Assembly (NCBI GenBank): GCA_965116875.1
Contig: OZ220733.1
Span: 5,024,001-5,088,000 of the forward strand
DNA length: 64,000 nt
Source: Candidatus Latescibacterota bacterium
GTDB lineage: Bacteria > Latescibacterota > UBA2968 > GCA-2709665
Direction: 5' to 3'
The notes under the pieces are model-generated. The model saw nothing but the letters and a program-made list of their open reading frames with translations. It did not search any database and had not been told where the DNA came from. The translations under genes were made by a program, and so were the position numbers. Below, piece after piece: positions 26,888 through 36,738 of this stretch. The first letter of the stretch is position 1; every line of letters starts with the position of its first letter.

Positions 26888-27454
26888 TTACTGGTTCAGA
26901 ATGACCGCGTGGGCCATCTCAGGGCCATGTACACCCAACGTGAGACGCATCTCTATATCCGCCGTGCGGCTTGGACCGGATATGAACGTCACGGTTGCAT
27001 TCTCCGGCTGCGCCGCCATAAAGGCCCGCACCCTCGGTCCGGCGTCCAACAGTGACTCCTCGATCTCCCCTGCGCGAACGATCCCCAGATGTATCCTTGG
27101 CAACGTGGATACCAGGCGTGTCGCGTCGTTTGTCGCAAATTCAACGAGCGCACCGGCCTCCGCCACCGCGAACTCCGCCCAGGACACCCCGACGTGAGCG
27201 GCGTCGATGGCGCCCGGGAGCGTGCGGCCGTCGTATGGCGGCTTCAACAGGTCAACTCCCGCATCGGCACAACGCCGCTCCAGCGTCCGCGTCAACTCGT
27301 CCGGGAGTTCGGCCGCGGCCAGCCGCGTGCCTCCGGCGTCGTGGACCACGGAAAGCACCGCCTCGGCGGCGGATTCCGTGCTGTCCACCAGATGCGCGCG
27401 TCCTGACAGCGTTTCGTACTTTGAGACAAACCGTTCAATCACATCGACCGTCAT
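26888..27454 (-). CDS. lutC: LutC/YkgG (LUD domain) protein
   Basis: TFISGPSRTADIEMRLTLGVHGP. Confidence 0.9.
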   Translation of the reverse strand: MTVDVIERFVSKYETLSGRAHLVDSTESAAEAVLSVVHDAGGTRLAAAELPDELTRTLERRCADAGVDLLKPPYDGRTLPGAIDAAHVGVSWAEFAVAEAGALVEFATNDATRLVSTLPRIHLGIVRAGEIEESLLDAGPRVRAFMAAQPENATVTFISGPSRTADIEMRLTLGVHGPEMAHAVILNQ

Positions 27455-27820
27455 AGCCCCGCCCCTTTCGATAACACCTGGAAACCGCCCCGATCGGGCG
27501 CCACCAAGGTAAGCGCAAAACGGCCTGCGGTCAACCGTCTACCGTACGGACTGATCACCCGAACCCGATCGTTTTCGTTTGGCGCGTTTGCCACGCGAAC
27601 GTATATTCGTCGGGCTCAGCATGAGGCCCTGTTTCTGCCGCCGCCAGCCGGTTTCCATCATACCGGTACCGGCCGATTCGGTACATCGAAACCGGTGTCA
27701 ATGCCCGCGTCCGGGGACGGATTTCCGCGTGTGAATCCATTGGCGCGGAGATTCCGGGCGGCATGGCGGTCGAATTCCATACAGGTACAATCTTCACAAC
27801 GGATACCTGGAGCATTCCCG

Positions 27821-28816
27821 ATGTCGAATCCCATTCGCATTGTACATATCGGTCTGGGGCCGCTCGGCCGGATGCTGGGGCCCTATCTCACGGAAAAGGA
27901 CCATTTGCGGGTCGTCGGCGCCGTCGACGTGGACCCAGTAAAGGCCGGCCAGGATCTGGGGGCCGCGTACAATCTGGATCGTCCGCTTGACGTCGCCGTG
28001 GAGGGATCATTGGACGCCGGAATGATGAATGACGCCGACGTGGCCGTTGTCACGACGGTGTCCGACCTGCAAGCGCTGTACCCCACGCTGGAACAGGCGA
28101 TGGAAGGCGGTCTGAACGTCGTTTCCACCTGCGAGGAACTGGCGTATCCCTGGGATGCCGAGCCGGAACTCGCCGGGCGCATCGACGACCTCGCAAAGGC
28201 GAACCGGGTATCCGTATTGGGCACAGGCGTGAATCCGGGGTTTCTGATGGACTTTCTTCCTGTGGCCACGACGGCGGTGTGCCGTAACGTTGAATCCATC
28301 CGGATCGAACGCATCCAGGACGCTTCCCTGCGTCGCCTCCCCTTCCGTCGGAAAATCGGCGCGGGACTCTCCATCGAGGCGTTTCAGGAACGTGTCAGAA
28401 GCCGCCGGATCCGCCACGTGGGATTGACGCAATCCATGCAGATGGTCGCCTCCAGACTCGGCTGGCGCCTGGACAGGACCGAGGATGCCGTGGAACCGGT
28501 GGTCGCACAGACGGAAGTACGGGGAAAGGACTGGTCCGTCCCGGCCGGCGCCGCAACCGGCGTCAACCAGACGGGACGGGGTTTTGTGGACAATCGGGAG
28601 GTCCTCACGCTCGTGTTTCGCGCGACCGTGGGCGAAACGCAACCCAGAGACCGCATCTTCGTCAACGGCACTCCGGAAGTCGACCTTACGGTTGCCGGCG
28701 GCATCAACGGAGACGTGGCCACGTGTTCGATCGTTGCCAACGCGATTCCGGTTATCCATGGGGCTTTGCCGGGCCTGCGCACCATGGTCGATATCGCCCC
28801 GATATCGGCTGTCTAG
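27821..28816 (+). CDS. DapB-N/2,4-diaminopentanoate dehydrogenase (Ord)-like NAD(P) oxidoreductase
   Basis: IGLGPLG, NVVSTCEELAYP, VLGTGVNPGF, KIGAG, GGINGDVAT. Confidence 0.82.
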   Translation: MSNPIRIVHIGLGPLGRMLGPYLTEKDHLRVVGAVDVDPVKAGQDLGAAYNLDRPLDVAVEGSLDAGMMNDADVAVVTTVSDLQALYPTLEQAMEGGLNVVSTCEELAYPWDAEPELAGRIDDLAKANRVSVLGTGVNPGFLMDFLPVATTAVCRNVESIRIERIQDASLRRLPFRRKIGAGLSIEAFQERVRSRRIRHVGLTQSMQMVASRLGWRLDRTEDAVEPVVAQTEVRGKDWSVPAGAATGVNQTGRGFVDNREVLTLVFRATVGETQPRDRIFVNGTPEVDLTVAGGINGDVATCSIVANAIPVIHGALPGLRTMVDIAPISAV

Positions 28817-29047
28817 CCCGTCCGGGAACTGCCGCTCTGACAATCGCCTGTCATCCTCGGCCCCGGGCGCCTCGTCGTCCTCTCTGCGCTTTCCGATCCC
28901 GGACTGCACCCCGGGAACCACAAACCTGTTGCAAAACAACCACATCTGTGTTATTCTTTCACAGAACAGGCCCATGTGCCTGCCGCGGGATTCGGCGTAA
29001 ATCGCGGTTTTTCAATCTCATTTGCGTCCGATTTCAAAAGGCCGTAC

Positions 29048-29063
29048 TGGTACGGTTTTTGCG
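29048..29063 (+). promoter_or_regulatory. sigma-54 promoter of the Omp85/two-component operon
   Basis: TGGTACGGTTTTTGCG (GG-N10-GC), 55 bp upstream of the ATG. TGT..ACA imperfect palindromes at 28927-28963. Confidence 0.68.
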
Positions 29064-29118
29064 CATTCTGATTTACCGCTCTGAATGTGGTCGATGGATT
29101 CCAGCGGAGGTCAGTACG

Positions 29119-30408
29119 ATGTCGCGCACGATTGTCCTTTTCACCCTCCTCTTCGCCTGCACGAATTCCTCCGTGTACGCCCAGGATGCCACCGGATACG
29201 TCGTCGAACGAATCGAGGTTCGGGGCAATCACAAGACAAAAGCGGACATCATCCTGCGGTCCCTGCCCATCCACAAGGGTGACCGGCTGACGCCCGGAAG
29301 ACTGGACGCCAGCCGCGAATCTCTCTACCGCACCCGCCTCTTCCGCACGGTACACGTCGCGCCAAAACCCGGCACCGAACAGGGCAAGGCGGTGCTGGTC
29401 GTCTACGTCGACGAGAAGCGATTCGGCGACGTCGGCGTCAGCTTCGAATATACGGAACTGGATGGTTTCGGGCTTGCCGCCGACGCCTATCATGTCAACC
29501 TCGGCGGAGAAGGCAAGACCGTAGGCGTGGAGTATTCGCACGGCGAGCGCCTGCAGCGCTTCGGTTTCCGCTATACCGACCCCTGGCTTACCAGCGGGTG
29601 TACGTCGCTTCACGTGAAAGCCCTCTTTTCAAGGGCCGACCGCGATATGTACCGCAGTCCCGACCCACAGAAGCGCGGCCTGTACGACGTGGACAGAATT
29701 GGCGGCGCGGTGGGCCTCGGAAAGCCCATCGGCGAGAAATACCGGCTGGTGGCCCGTTATGCCCTCGACGAGATTCGCATCAACGACTTCGACGAGCCGG
29801 AGGTTTTCATATCCGGCCCGGAATTCACCCGTGAAATCAGCTCGGCACTGGGCCGAACGCCAATTTCCACCCTGGGAATCGAACTCTACAGGCAGCCCGC
29901 CTCCAGGTTCTGGGGCGGCGCGGCGGGATTCGATCTCAACTTCCGACTGGACTTCGCCCCCGGCGCCCTGGGCACCAACGCGAGTTACCTCCGGTCCCGG
30001 GTGGAGGCCTATCGCCATTTTGCCACCCTGCCCGGTCAGACCCTCAGCGTGGGCGGAAGGGCGGGGCTGATCATGGGGTCGCCGCCCTTTTTCGAGCGGT
30101 TTTACCTGGATGGCGAGAATCAGCTCAGGGGGTTCGAACGACGTGCGATCGGCCCCGAGGGCGGCACGGAGTTTGTTTCAATCGAAGGTGTCTATGCGAT
30201 TGCGACCCGACCGATCGGCAGGCTCTACTGCTTTGCCGAGTGGGCCGCCATACGCAGGCCGGTCGCGGCATTTCATCGAAGAGATTCGAATGGCACCTAT
30301 GGAATCGGCGCGCTGCTGTTCAACCGGGTCGACATCAGCTACGGCTTGAAAAGGGGCACGCTAATCGTAAAATTCCACCGGTTCGGCGGTATCAATCTGG
30401 GCCTGTGA
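29119..30408 (+). CDS. Omp85/BamA-TamA family outer-membrane protein (single POTRA)
   Basis: Signal peptide, POTRA IEVRGNHKTK..IILR, NLGGEG, YTDPWL, ERFYLDGENQLRGF. GGAGG RBS. Confidence 0.85.
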   Translation: MSRTIVLFTLLFACTNSSVYAQDATGYVVERIEVRGNHKTKADIILRSLPIHKGDRLTPGRLDASRESLYRTRLFRTVHVAPKPGTEQGKAVLVVYVDEKRFGDVGVSFEYTELDGFGLAADAYHVNLGGEGKTVGVEYSHGERLQRFGFRYTDPWLTSGCTSLHVKALFSRADRDMYRSPDPQKRGLYDVDRIGGAVGLGKPIGEKYRLVARYALDEIRINDFDEPEVFISGPEFTREISSALGRTPISTLGIELYRQPASRFWGGAAGFDLNFRLDFAPGALGTNASYLRSRVEAYRHFATLPGQTLSVGGRAGLIMGSPPFFERFYLDGENQLRGFERRAIGPEGGTEFVSIEGVYAIATRPIGRLYCFAEWAAIRRPVAAFHRRDSNGTYGIGALLFNRVDISYGLKRGTLIVKFHRFGGINLGL

Positions 30409-30537
30409 GTCAGTGGGAGCGCCTTTGCAACGCCGACAGATCGGTCGAGTCCGGCCCCGTGGACATGTCACCATCCGGCGATGCTTCCACCACGGCCCCC
30501 GTTATCCCAACCGCTGAATACTCACCAATCTCCTGAA

Positions 30538-31164
30538 ATGCATACCAATCGAGGCAAAGCGGAGGCGTCCGGGCGAACTGTCAGCATTTGCGCTTGCCTC
30601 TTTTTTTTTGTGTTATCCCAGGGTGGTGCCGACGCCCGCGGCGTCGCCGTCGCCGCGCAGAAGGTCTACCTGCAGGCCGACACGCTGAAGCTGAATATAG
30701 AACTGGATTCTCTCTTCTCCAGGCGCGCCATGGATGCCATCGCATCCGGCCTGATCACATCGGTGGTCATGGAGTTCCGGCTGGATTCGGGCCGGCAGTC
30801 GAAAGCGCTGGAGTACACACTCGGCATGCGGCTCGATCACGACATCTGGGAGGGCCGGTACCGGGTGGTGCGCGATACCGGCCGACCGGACACCCTTCAG
30901 ACTGCCCATTTCGACACGGTCAGGACGTTCTGCTCGGTGCACCGGGGGCTCCCGCTTGGGCCGCTTCCCGACGGACGGAACTTCAAGCTCAGCCTCCGCA
31001 TTGGCGTGACACCCATTTCCGTTGAGCAGGAGCAGCGTTCACGCCGCTGGCTCAACGTCCTGCAGAAGGGAAGCCTGCTGGAGCTCTTCATCTCACTGGA
31101 CCGGCCCACGGAACGAACGCCATGGATCGAAGTCAGCCAATTCTCGCCGGAGGATCTGCAATGA
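30538..31164 (+). CDS. DUF4390-like periplasmic protein
   Basis: Signal-like segment, DAIASG..VVMEF, L.HDIWEGRY. Position directly before an NtrY-like kinase is typical. Start uncertain. Confidence 0.65.
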   Translation: MHTNRGKAEASGRTVSICACLFFFVLSQGGADARGVAVAAQKVYLQADTLKLNIELDSLFSRRAMDAIASGLITSVVMEFRLDSGRQSKALEYTLGMRLDHDIWEGRYRVVRDTGRPDTLQTAHFDTVRTFCSVHRGLPLGPLPDGRNFKLSLRIGVTPISVEQEQRSRRWLNVLQKGSLLELFISLDRPTERTPWIEVSQFSPEDLQ

Positions 31165-32657
31165 GATCCCTACCCTTGCGATGGCGCATCATTATCGCCC
31201 TCATCGCGCTCACCCTGGGCACGACGCTGGCATTGTCCCTGCTGGCGCAACACTTCCTGGAATCCGGCCTGCAACTCCAGGACAACATCAGCGCAAGCAC
31301 CAGCCGGGCGTTGAACGACGCGGTGGGACTGGCAAGAAGCCACTACGAAGACCGGAAAGCGGCGCTCAGCGATATCGGGAACCGCCTTTTCCGGTCGCCC
31401 CTGCCGGCGGAAGCCGTCCGTACGCAAGACCTCCAGCCCATCCGCGATCTGCTGGACAGGCACGAGTTGGGCGACGCACAGCTCCGATTCGCGGAGGCGG
31501 CGGAAATCGCGTCGCTGGACCGGCAGGGTCCTCCTTCCGGTCCCGTCGTGCGCAGGGCGGGCGAACGCGACGCATCGCTGGAGATGTTCGTGCCCGTACG
31601 CCGGCATGGATCCTCGGCCGCGGCCCTCGTTATCACGAGTCCCATGGTCGAACTCAACAACGTCGAACAGGCGGTCCAGGCCCATCAGTACCTGCGGATG
31701 ATCGGAAGCGACCTCAGGGGCGAGTTTTTCTTCTATTTCCTGATTGCGACCATCGTACTGCTTCTGCTCGCCTGCCTGATGGGCGTGCGCATCGGCTTCG
31801 GCGTTACGCATCCGCTGGATGAACTCGTCAAAGGAACCCGCGAACTCGCCAAGGACAATCTGGACTACCGTATTCCTGCCGGACGGGACGACGAAATCGG
31901 GCTGCTGATCTATTCCTTCAATCGGATGGCGGAAGACCTGACCCAGAACCGCCGGCAGCGTCTCGAGGCCGAAAAAATCGCTGCCTGGCGTGAGATCGCC
32001 CGGCGCCTTGCCCACGAAATCAAGAATCCGCTCACACCGATACAACTCACGGTCCAGCAGATCCGCGACAAATACCCAGGCGAAGACCCCGCGTACCGGA
32101 AGCTTGTGCAGGACTGCACCGAAATCGTTACGGAAGAGGTGGAGAGCCTGAGAAAACTGGTTCAGGAATTCGCCGACTTCGCGCGCATGCCATCCCTGTC
32201 TCTGGGAAGGCAAAGCCTGAACGTCGTGATCACCGATATCGTACGGCTTTACCCCGAAGCCGGAATTACGCTCGAACTCACGCCCCAGGTTCCCGACCTG
32301 GATCTGGACAGCGAACAGATGCGCCGCGTTCTGATCAACCTGATCGAAAACGGGCTCGAAGCCGCCGGCCAGGAGGGCCGGATCGTCATTCAGACCGAGA
32401 ACCATTCAGATTCGGTCAAACTCCTGGTCGTGGATACAGGCCCCGGCATTCCCGAACGGGACCGGGAGCGCATCTTCCAGCCGCACGTGACGTCCAAACA
32501 AGGCGGCATGGGCATGGGGCTGGCCGAGGTCCGCAGCATTGTCGAGAGCCACGGCGGCCAGATCGTCGCGGCGAGCGCGCCGGGAGGGGGCGCACGGTTC
32601 GAGATTACCCTGCCCGTTCCCCGGGAACGGACCATACAGCCGGAGGTAAGGATATGA
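31161..32657 (+). CDS. NtrY-like HAMP sensor histidine kinase
   Basis: Two TM segments, HAMP, AWREIARRLAHEIKNPLTPIQL H-box, N/G boxes. ATGA overlap with the upstream gene. Confidence 0.92.
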   Translation: MRSLPLRWRIIIALIALTLGTTLALSLLAQHFLESGLQLQDNISASTSRALNDAVGLARSHYEDRKAALSDIGNRLFRSPLPAEAVRTQDLQPIRDLLDRHELGDAQLRFAEAAEIASLDRQGPPSGPVVRRAGERDASLEMFVPVRRHGSSAAALVITSPMVELNNVEQAVQAHQYLRMIGSDLRGEFFFYFLIATIVLLLLACLMGVRIGFGVTHPLDELVKGTRELAKDNLDYRIPAGRDDEIGLLIYSFNRMAEDLTQNRRQRLEAEKIAAWREIARRLAHEIKNPLTPIQLTVQQIRDKYPGEDPAYRKLVQDCTEIVTEEVESLRKLVQEFADFARMPSLSLGRQSLNVVITDIVRLYPEAGITLELTPQVPDLDLDSEQMRRVLINLIENGLEAAGQEGRIVIQTENHSDSVKLLVVDTGPGIPERDRERIFQPHVTSKQGGMGMGLAEVRSIVESHGGQIVAASAPGGGARFEITLPVPRERTIQPEVRI

Positions 32658-34036
32658 CGGAACCGACCATTCTGGTGGTGGACGACGAACGCAACATTCG
32701 TCGGACCCTGGAGATGATCCTGTCTGCTGAAGGCTACCGGGTTGTCTGCGCGGCTTCAGGCAAGGAAGCGCTGGCCGCGATGAAAACCGAGTCTCCGCAC
32801 GTGGTCCTGCTGGACATCGTCCTGCCTGGTTCGAACGGGATCGAAATCCTGAAAACCGCCCGGCAGAACGATCCGAACCTGGCCGTCATCATGATCTCCG
32901 GCCACGGGACCGTCCACGACGCGGTCGTGGCGACGAAACTGGGCGCCTACGATTTCCTGGAAAAGCCGCTGTCCCGGGAAAAAGTACTGCTCACGCTTTC
33001 CCATGCCCTTGAGAGCATCGAACTGACCGAAGAAAACCGCAATCTGCGACAACAGTTCGAAATGCGCTTCGAAATGGTGGGCAGGAGCAGTGCCATCGCG
33101 TCCGTACGTGAACAGATCGGCAAGGTTGCGCCAACAAACGGTCGCGTCCTGATTCTCGGTGAAAGCGGCACGGGCAAGGAACTGGTCGCCAGGGATATCC
33201 ACAGAAACAGCCGGCGCAGCGAGGGTCCGTTCGTCAAAGTCAACTGCGCCGCGATTCCGGAAGAGCTCATCGAAAGCGAACTGTTCGGCAGCGACCGGGG
33301 CGCGTATACCGGCTCGGTGAAAACCCGCGATGGAAAGTTCCTTCAGGCCGATGGAGGGACGCTGTTTCTGGACGAAATCGGTGATATGAGCCTGAGCGTT
33401 CAGGCCAAGGTCCTGCGGGCCCTCGAACAGGGGGAATTCGAACGGGTTGGCGGGTCGAAGACCCTGAAAGTGGATGTGAGGGTGATCGCCGCGACGAACA
33501 AGAACCTTCAGCAGCAGGTAGAGAACGGCGCTTTCCGGGAGGACCTCTACTTCCGGCTGAACGTCGTGCCCGTCACGGCCCCGCCATTGCGGGATCGGAA
33601 GGAAGACATCCCTCTGCTTTCGGAGCATTTTCTCAAGGGATACGCGCACGAGAACGATTTTCGCCCAAAGGAAATCACCCCTGAGGCGATGGAGGCCCTG
33701 GAGAATTACAGTTGGCCGGGCAACATCAGGGAACTCAAGAACCTGATTGAACGCCTTTCCATTATGGTCGCCGAAGATACCGTCCACGTCCACCATCTTT
33801 CAGGACTGGACGGACCGGAACCCGCCCGCGGCGGCGATGCGGCCGGATCCGCCGTCCCGTTGCCCGGAATCGGGTCCGGCCAGAGCCTCCATGAAGTCCG
33901 TGAGGCGGTGGAAAAGGCGTACATTTCGGATGCACTGAACAACAACGGCTGGAACGTCACCAGGGCGGCGAAACTGCTTGGCGTTGACCGTACAAACCTC
34001 CACAAGAAAATCAAATACTACAATATCGAGCGCTGA
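32654..34036 (+). CDS. NtrX/NtrC-like sigma-54 response regulator
   Basis: REC (ILVVDDE, LLDI, MISGHG, EKP), GESGTGKE, ELFGSDRGAYTGS, HTH. Confidence 0.93.
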   Translation: MTEPTILVVDDERNIRRTLEMILSAEGYRVVCAASGKEALAAMKTESPHVVLLDIVLPGSNGIEILKTARQNDPNLAVIMISGHGTVHDAVVATKLGAYDFLEKPLSREKVLLTLSHALESIELTEENRNLRQQFEMRFEMVGRSSAIASVREQIGKVAPTNGRVLILGESGTGKELVARDIHRNSRRSEGPFVKVNCAAIPEELIESELFGSDRGAYTGSVKTRDGKFLQADGGTLFLDEIGDMSLSVQAKVLRALEQGEFERVGGSKTLKVDVRVIAATNKNLQQQVENGAFREDLYFRLNVVPVTAPPLRDRKEDIPLLSEHFLKGYAHENDFRPKEITPEAMEALENYSWPGNIRELKNLIERLSIMVAEDTVHVHHLSGLDGPEPARGGDAAGSAVPLPGIGSGQSLHEVREAVEKAYISDALNNNGWNVTRAAKLLGVDRTNLHKKIKYYNIER

Positions 34037-34056
34037 CGGGACAGACCGGTGGGAGC

Positions 34057-35226
34057 GTGGCTGGACATTTCCGTAACAGGACGCCAGATTTGAAAGCAGC
34101 GTTCCTCATTCTTCTCCCGGTGCTTGTCTGGGTCCCGGATGCTCGTGCTCAGACCGACGACGTTTCCCTGTTGGAGAAGCTCTACCGGGGCGCCCGACTC
34201 CGATACAATCGCGTGGAGGGTTCCTTCCTGGGGTATCGCCTCTCCGTCCACCGGAAAAATCGGCCGCGACTCACGGTCTTTGCGGAAAGCGGATACGGTT
34301 TTGCCAGCCGCTCGGCGCGGTGGGAAGCCGGCGTGGCATACCGTGGTCGGGAAATCCGCCTGAACGCCGCTGTTTTCGACAGATCCGATTCGCCCGACCG
34401 GGGCATCGTCGGCACCACCGAAAACAGCGTGTTCGGTCTCCTTTTCAAATGGGACCACCGGGACTATTACCGGGCGAAAAACGGATTTGAAGCGAATTTA
34501 TCCGTCAGAAGGAAGCGAAGGCTTACTCTCTTCGGTGGCGTGGCCGCATACCGCTGCGAGCCGATGCCGGTCAGGGCCGCATGGAGCCTGTTCTTCAGGA
34601 GCCGCCCCTTTCGATTCAACCCGCCTGCCCGACCCGGCGACGTCGGCTTACTGCACGCCGGCATCGTGGTTGATACACGCGTCAGGAGCCCGCTCTTCCG
34701 CAATGCCTGGTACGGAAGGTTGCGCTACGAGCACGGCGTTCGGGATATCGCCTTCCAAGGGCTCACCCTGGAGGGCAAGCGCTATCTAAAGGCGAAATTC
34801 GGCAGGCAGGGACTGATTGTCCGGGCACGATTGAGTACCCGGCAAAGCACGGCGCCGCAGTTTCTTTTCGGCCTGGGCGGCGTAGGCACCCTGCGCGGGT
34901 ACGACATCAGGGAGTTCAGAGCCAACCGTCTGGTATTGTTCAACGTCGAGTACGCCTTCCGCGGCGACGTCCTTCCAAAAATCCCCGTCAGAGGATTCGA
35001 TCTGCTCAACCTTACTCTGTTTGTGGATGCGGGCTGGACCCGGCTGATGCCGGAATCCGCCCACCTGTTCGCTGGATTCGGAGAACTGAACGTGCCATCC
35101 ATCAAGACGAGTACCGGTCTCGGCATTGCGCTACCGCGGCAACTCCTCCGGCTGAACGTCGCACGCCGCCTGGACAGGTCCGACGATGCCTGGACCCTTT
35201 CGGTCAGACTCAGATTCAATCTTTGA
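34057..35226 (+). CDS. Omp85-like outer-membrane beta-barrel protein
   Basis: Signal peptide, RYNRVEG, LGGVGTLRGY, NVEY, LFVDAG, and a C-terminal amphipathic strand (LRFNL). Confidence 0.75.
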   Translation: MAGHFRNRTPDLKAAFLILLPVLVWVPDARAQTDDVSLLEKLYRGARLRYNRVEGSFLGYRLSVHRKNRPRLTVFAESGYGFASRSARWEAGVAYRGREIRLNAAVFDRSDSPDRGIVGTTENSVFGLLFKWDHRDYYRAKNGFEANLSVRRKRRLTLFGGVAAYRCEPMPVRAAWSLFFRSRPFRFNPPARPGDVGLLHAGIVVDTRVRSPLFRNAWYGRLRYEHGVRDIAFQGLTLEGKRYLKAKFGRQGLIVRARLSTRQSTAPQFLFGLGGVGTLRGYDIREFRANRLVLFNVEYAFRGDVLPKIPVRGFDLLNLTLFVDAGWTRLMPESAHLFAGFGELNVPSIKTSTGLGIALPRQLLRLNVARRLDRSDDAWTLSVRLRFNL

Positions 35227-35262
35227 TTCGGTCCCTTCCGCTCGAATATGCACAGGGATATA

Positions 35263-35296
35263 GAAAGCCCCCGGAGACCCATCTCCGGGGGCTTTC
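35263..35296. terminator. bidirectional terminator-like hairpin
   Basis: GAAAGCCCCCGGAGA-CCCA-TCTCCGGGGGCTTTC between convergent operons. Confidence 0.7.
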
Positions 35297-35406
35297 CAAT
35301 CGCTGACCGGGGCCTGCGCTCCAGCAGCCGGACGTCGCTCCGGCACGGACCGCAGATTCAGCAATCGATCTTTTATAATATTCCAGTTACCGGATGGAAT
35401 ACCGGC

Positions 35407-36657
35407 TTATGTGCCCTCCTGCCAGGAACCGAGATACTGCTCCTGGTCGGCGGTCAGCGAATCGATCTGTACGTCCATCGCCTCCAGTTGCAGCCGGGCG
35501 ACTTCGCGGTCGATCTCATCGGGCAACCGGTACACCCTGGGTTCCAGTGAATCGGCGTTCCTGATGCCGTATTCAACCCCAAGGGCCTGATCGCAGAACG
35601 ACAGCGACATCACCGTGGACGGATGGCCCTCCGCGCACGCGAGGTTCACGAGACGACCCTCGCCGCACAGGAACAGCGAGCGACCGTTCATGGTATATTC
35701 GTGAAACAAAGGCCGCACTTCCTCCTTGTTTTCCGCCATCGCCTCGAGCCCGTCCACGTCGATTTCCAGGTCGAAATGGCCGGCATTGGCCACCACCGCG
35801 CCGTCCTTCATGTCCCGCATATGTTCCGCGCTGATCACGTGCTTGTTGCCGGTGACCGTGACAAACAGGTCTCCGATACCCGCCGCGTGCGCCATCTGCA
35901 TCACCCGGAACCCGTCCATCCGCGCCTGCAGCGCGCGAAACGGGTCCACTTCCGTAACAATGACCTCCGCTCCGAGTCCCCGCGCCCTCGACGCCACGCC
36001 CTTTCCGCAACTGCCATAGCCGACGACAACGACCGCCTTTCCGCTGATCAGCAGGTTGGACGCCCGCACGACGCCGTCCAGCGCCGACTGCCCCGTGCCG
36101 TAGAAATTGTCCATCAGGTGTTTGGTATCGCAATCGTTAACGGCAATGATGGGGTATTTCAGCGCATTGTCCTTCTCCATCGCACGCAGGCGGATGATGC
36201 CGGTTGTGGTCTCCTCGCAGCCGCAAACGATCTCCGGGATCAGATCGGCGTAATTCGTGTGCACCTCGTTGACCAGATCGCAACCGTCATCGATCGTCAC
36301 GTGCGGCCGGGTTTCGATGACAGCGCGAAGATACCGGTAGTAATCCTCCCGCGTCTCTCCCTTGTAGGCGTAGACCGCGACGTCCTCGGCCGCGAGCGCC
36401 GCCGCCACGTCGTCCTGCGTGGAAAGCGGATTGCAGCCGGTTATGGACACGGTCGCGCCGCCGGCCCGCAGCGTCCTCACCAGCACCGCCGTCTCTTTGG
36501 TGACGTGGAGCGCCATGCCGATCCGGTAGCCCGCGAGAGGCTTTTCCCGTTCGAAGCGTTCCCGTATCTTCAACAGGGCGCCCATCTGCTTCTCGGCCCA
36601 TTCGATGTTTCTGAATCCCTGCTCCGCAAGACCGATATCCTTTACCTCGTAACCCAC
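35407..36657 (-). CDS. ahcY: adenosylhomocysteinase
   Basis: CNPLSTQDD, IDDGCDL, EETTTG, KHLMDNFYGTGQS, GEGRLVNL..AEGHP. GTG start after AGGAG. Confidence 0.96.
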   Translation of the reverse strand: MGYEVKDIGLAEQGFRNIEWAEKQMGALLKIRERFEREKPLAGYRIGMALHVTKETAVLVRTLRAGGATVSITGCNPLSTQDDVAAALAAEDVAVYAYKGETREDYYRYLRAVIETRPHVTIDDGCDLVNEVHTNYADLIPEIVCGCEETTTGIIRLRAMEKDNALKYPIIAVNDCDTKHLMDNFYGTGQSALDGVVRASNLLISGKAVVVVGYGSCGKGVASRARGLGAEVIVTEVDPFRALQARMDGFRVMQMAHAAGIGDLFVTVTGNKHVISAEHMRDMKDGAVVANAGHFDLEIDVDGLEAMAENKEEVRPLFHEYTMNGRSLFLCGEGRLVNLACAEGHPSTVMSLSFCDQALGVEYGIRNADSLEPRVYRLPDEIDREVARLQLEAMDVQIDSLTADQEQYLGSWQEGT

Positions 36658-36738
36658 TTCAGTCTCCTCTCCATCCGCATCCGGGCGTGTCTTTGCCGGC
36701 GGAAAACGCAATTCAACGGACGGCCGGCAGATGCTCCG

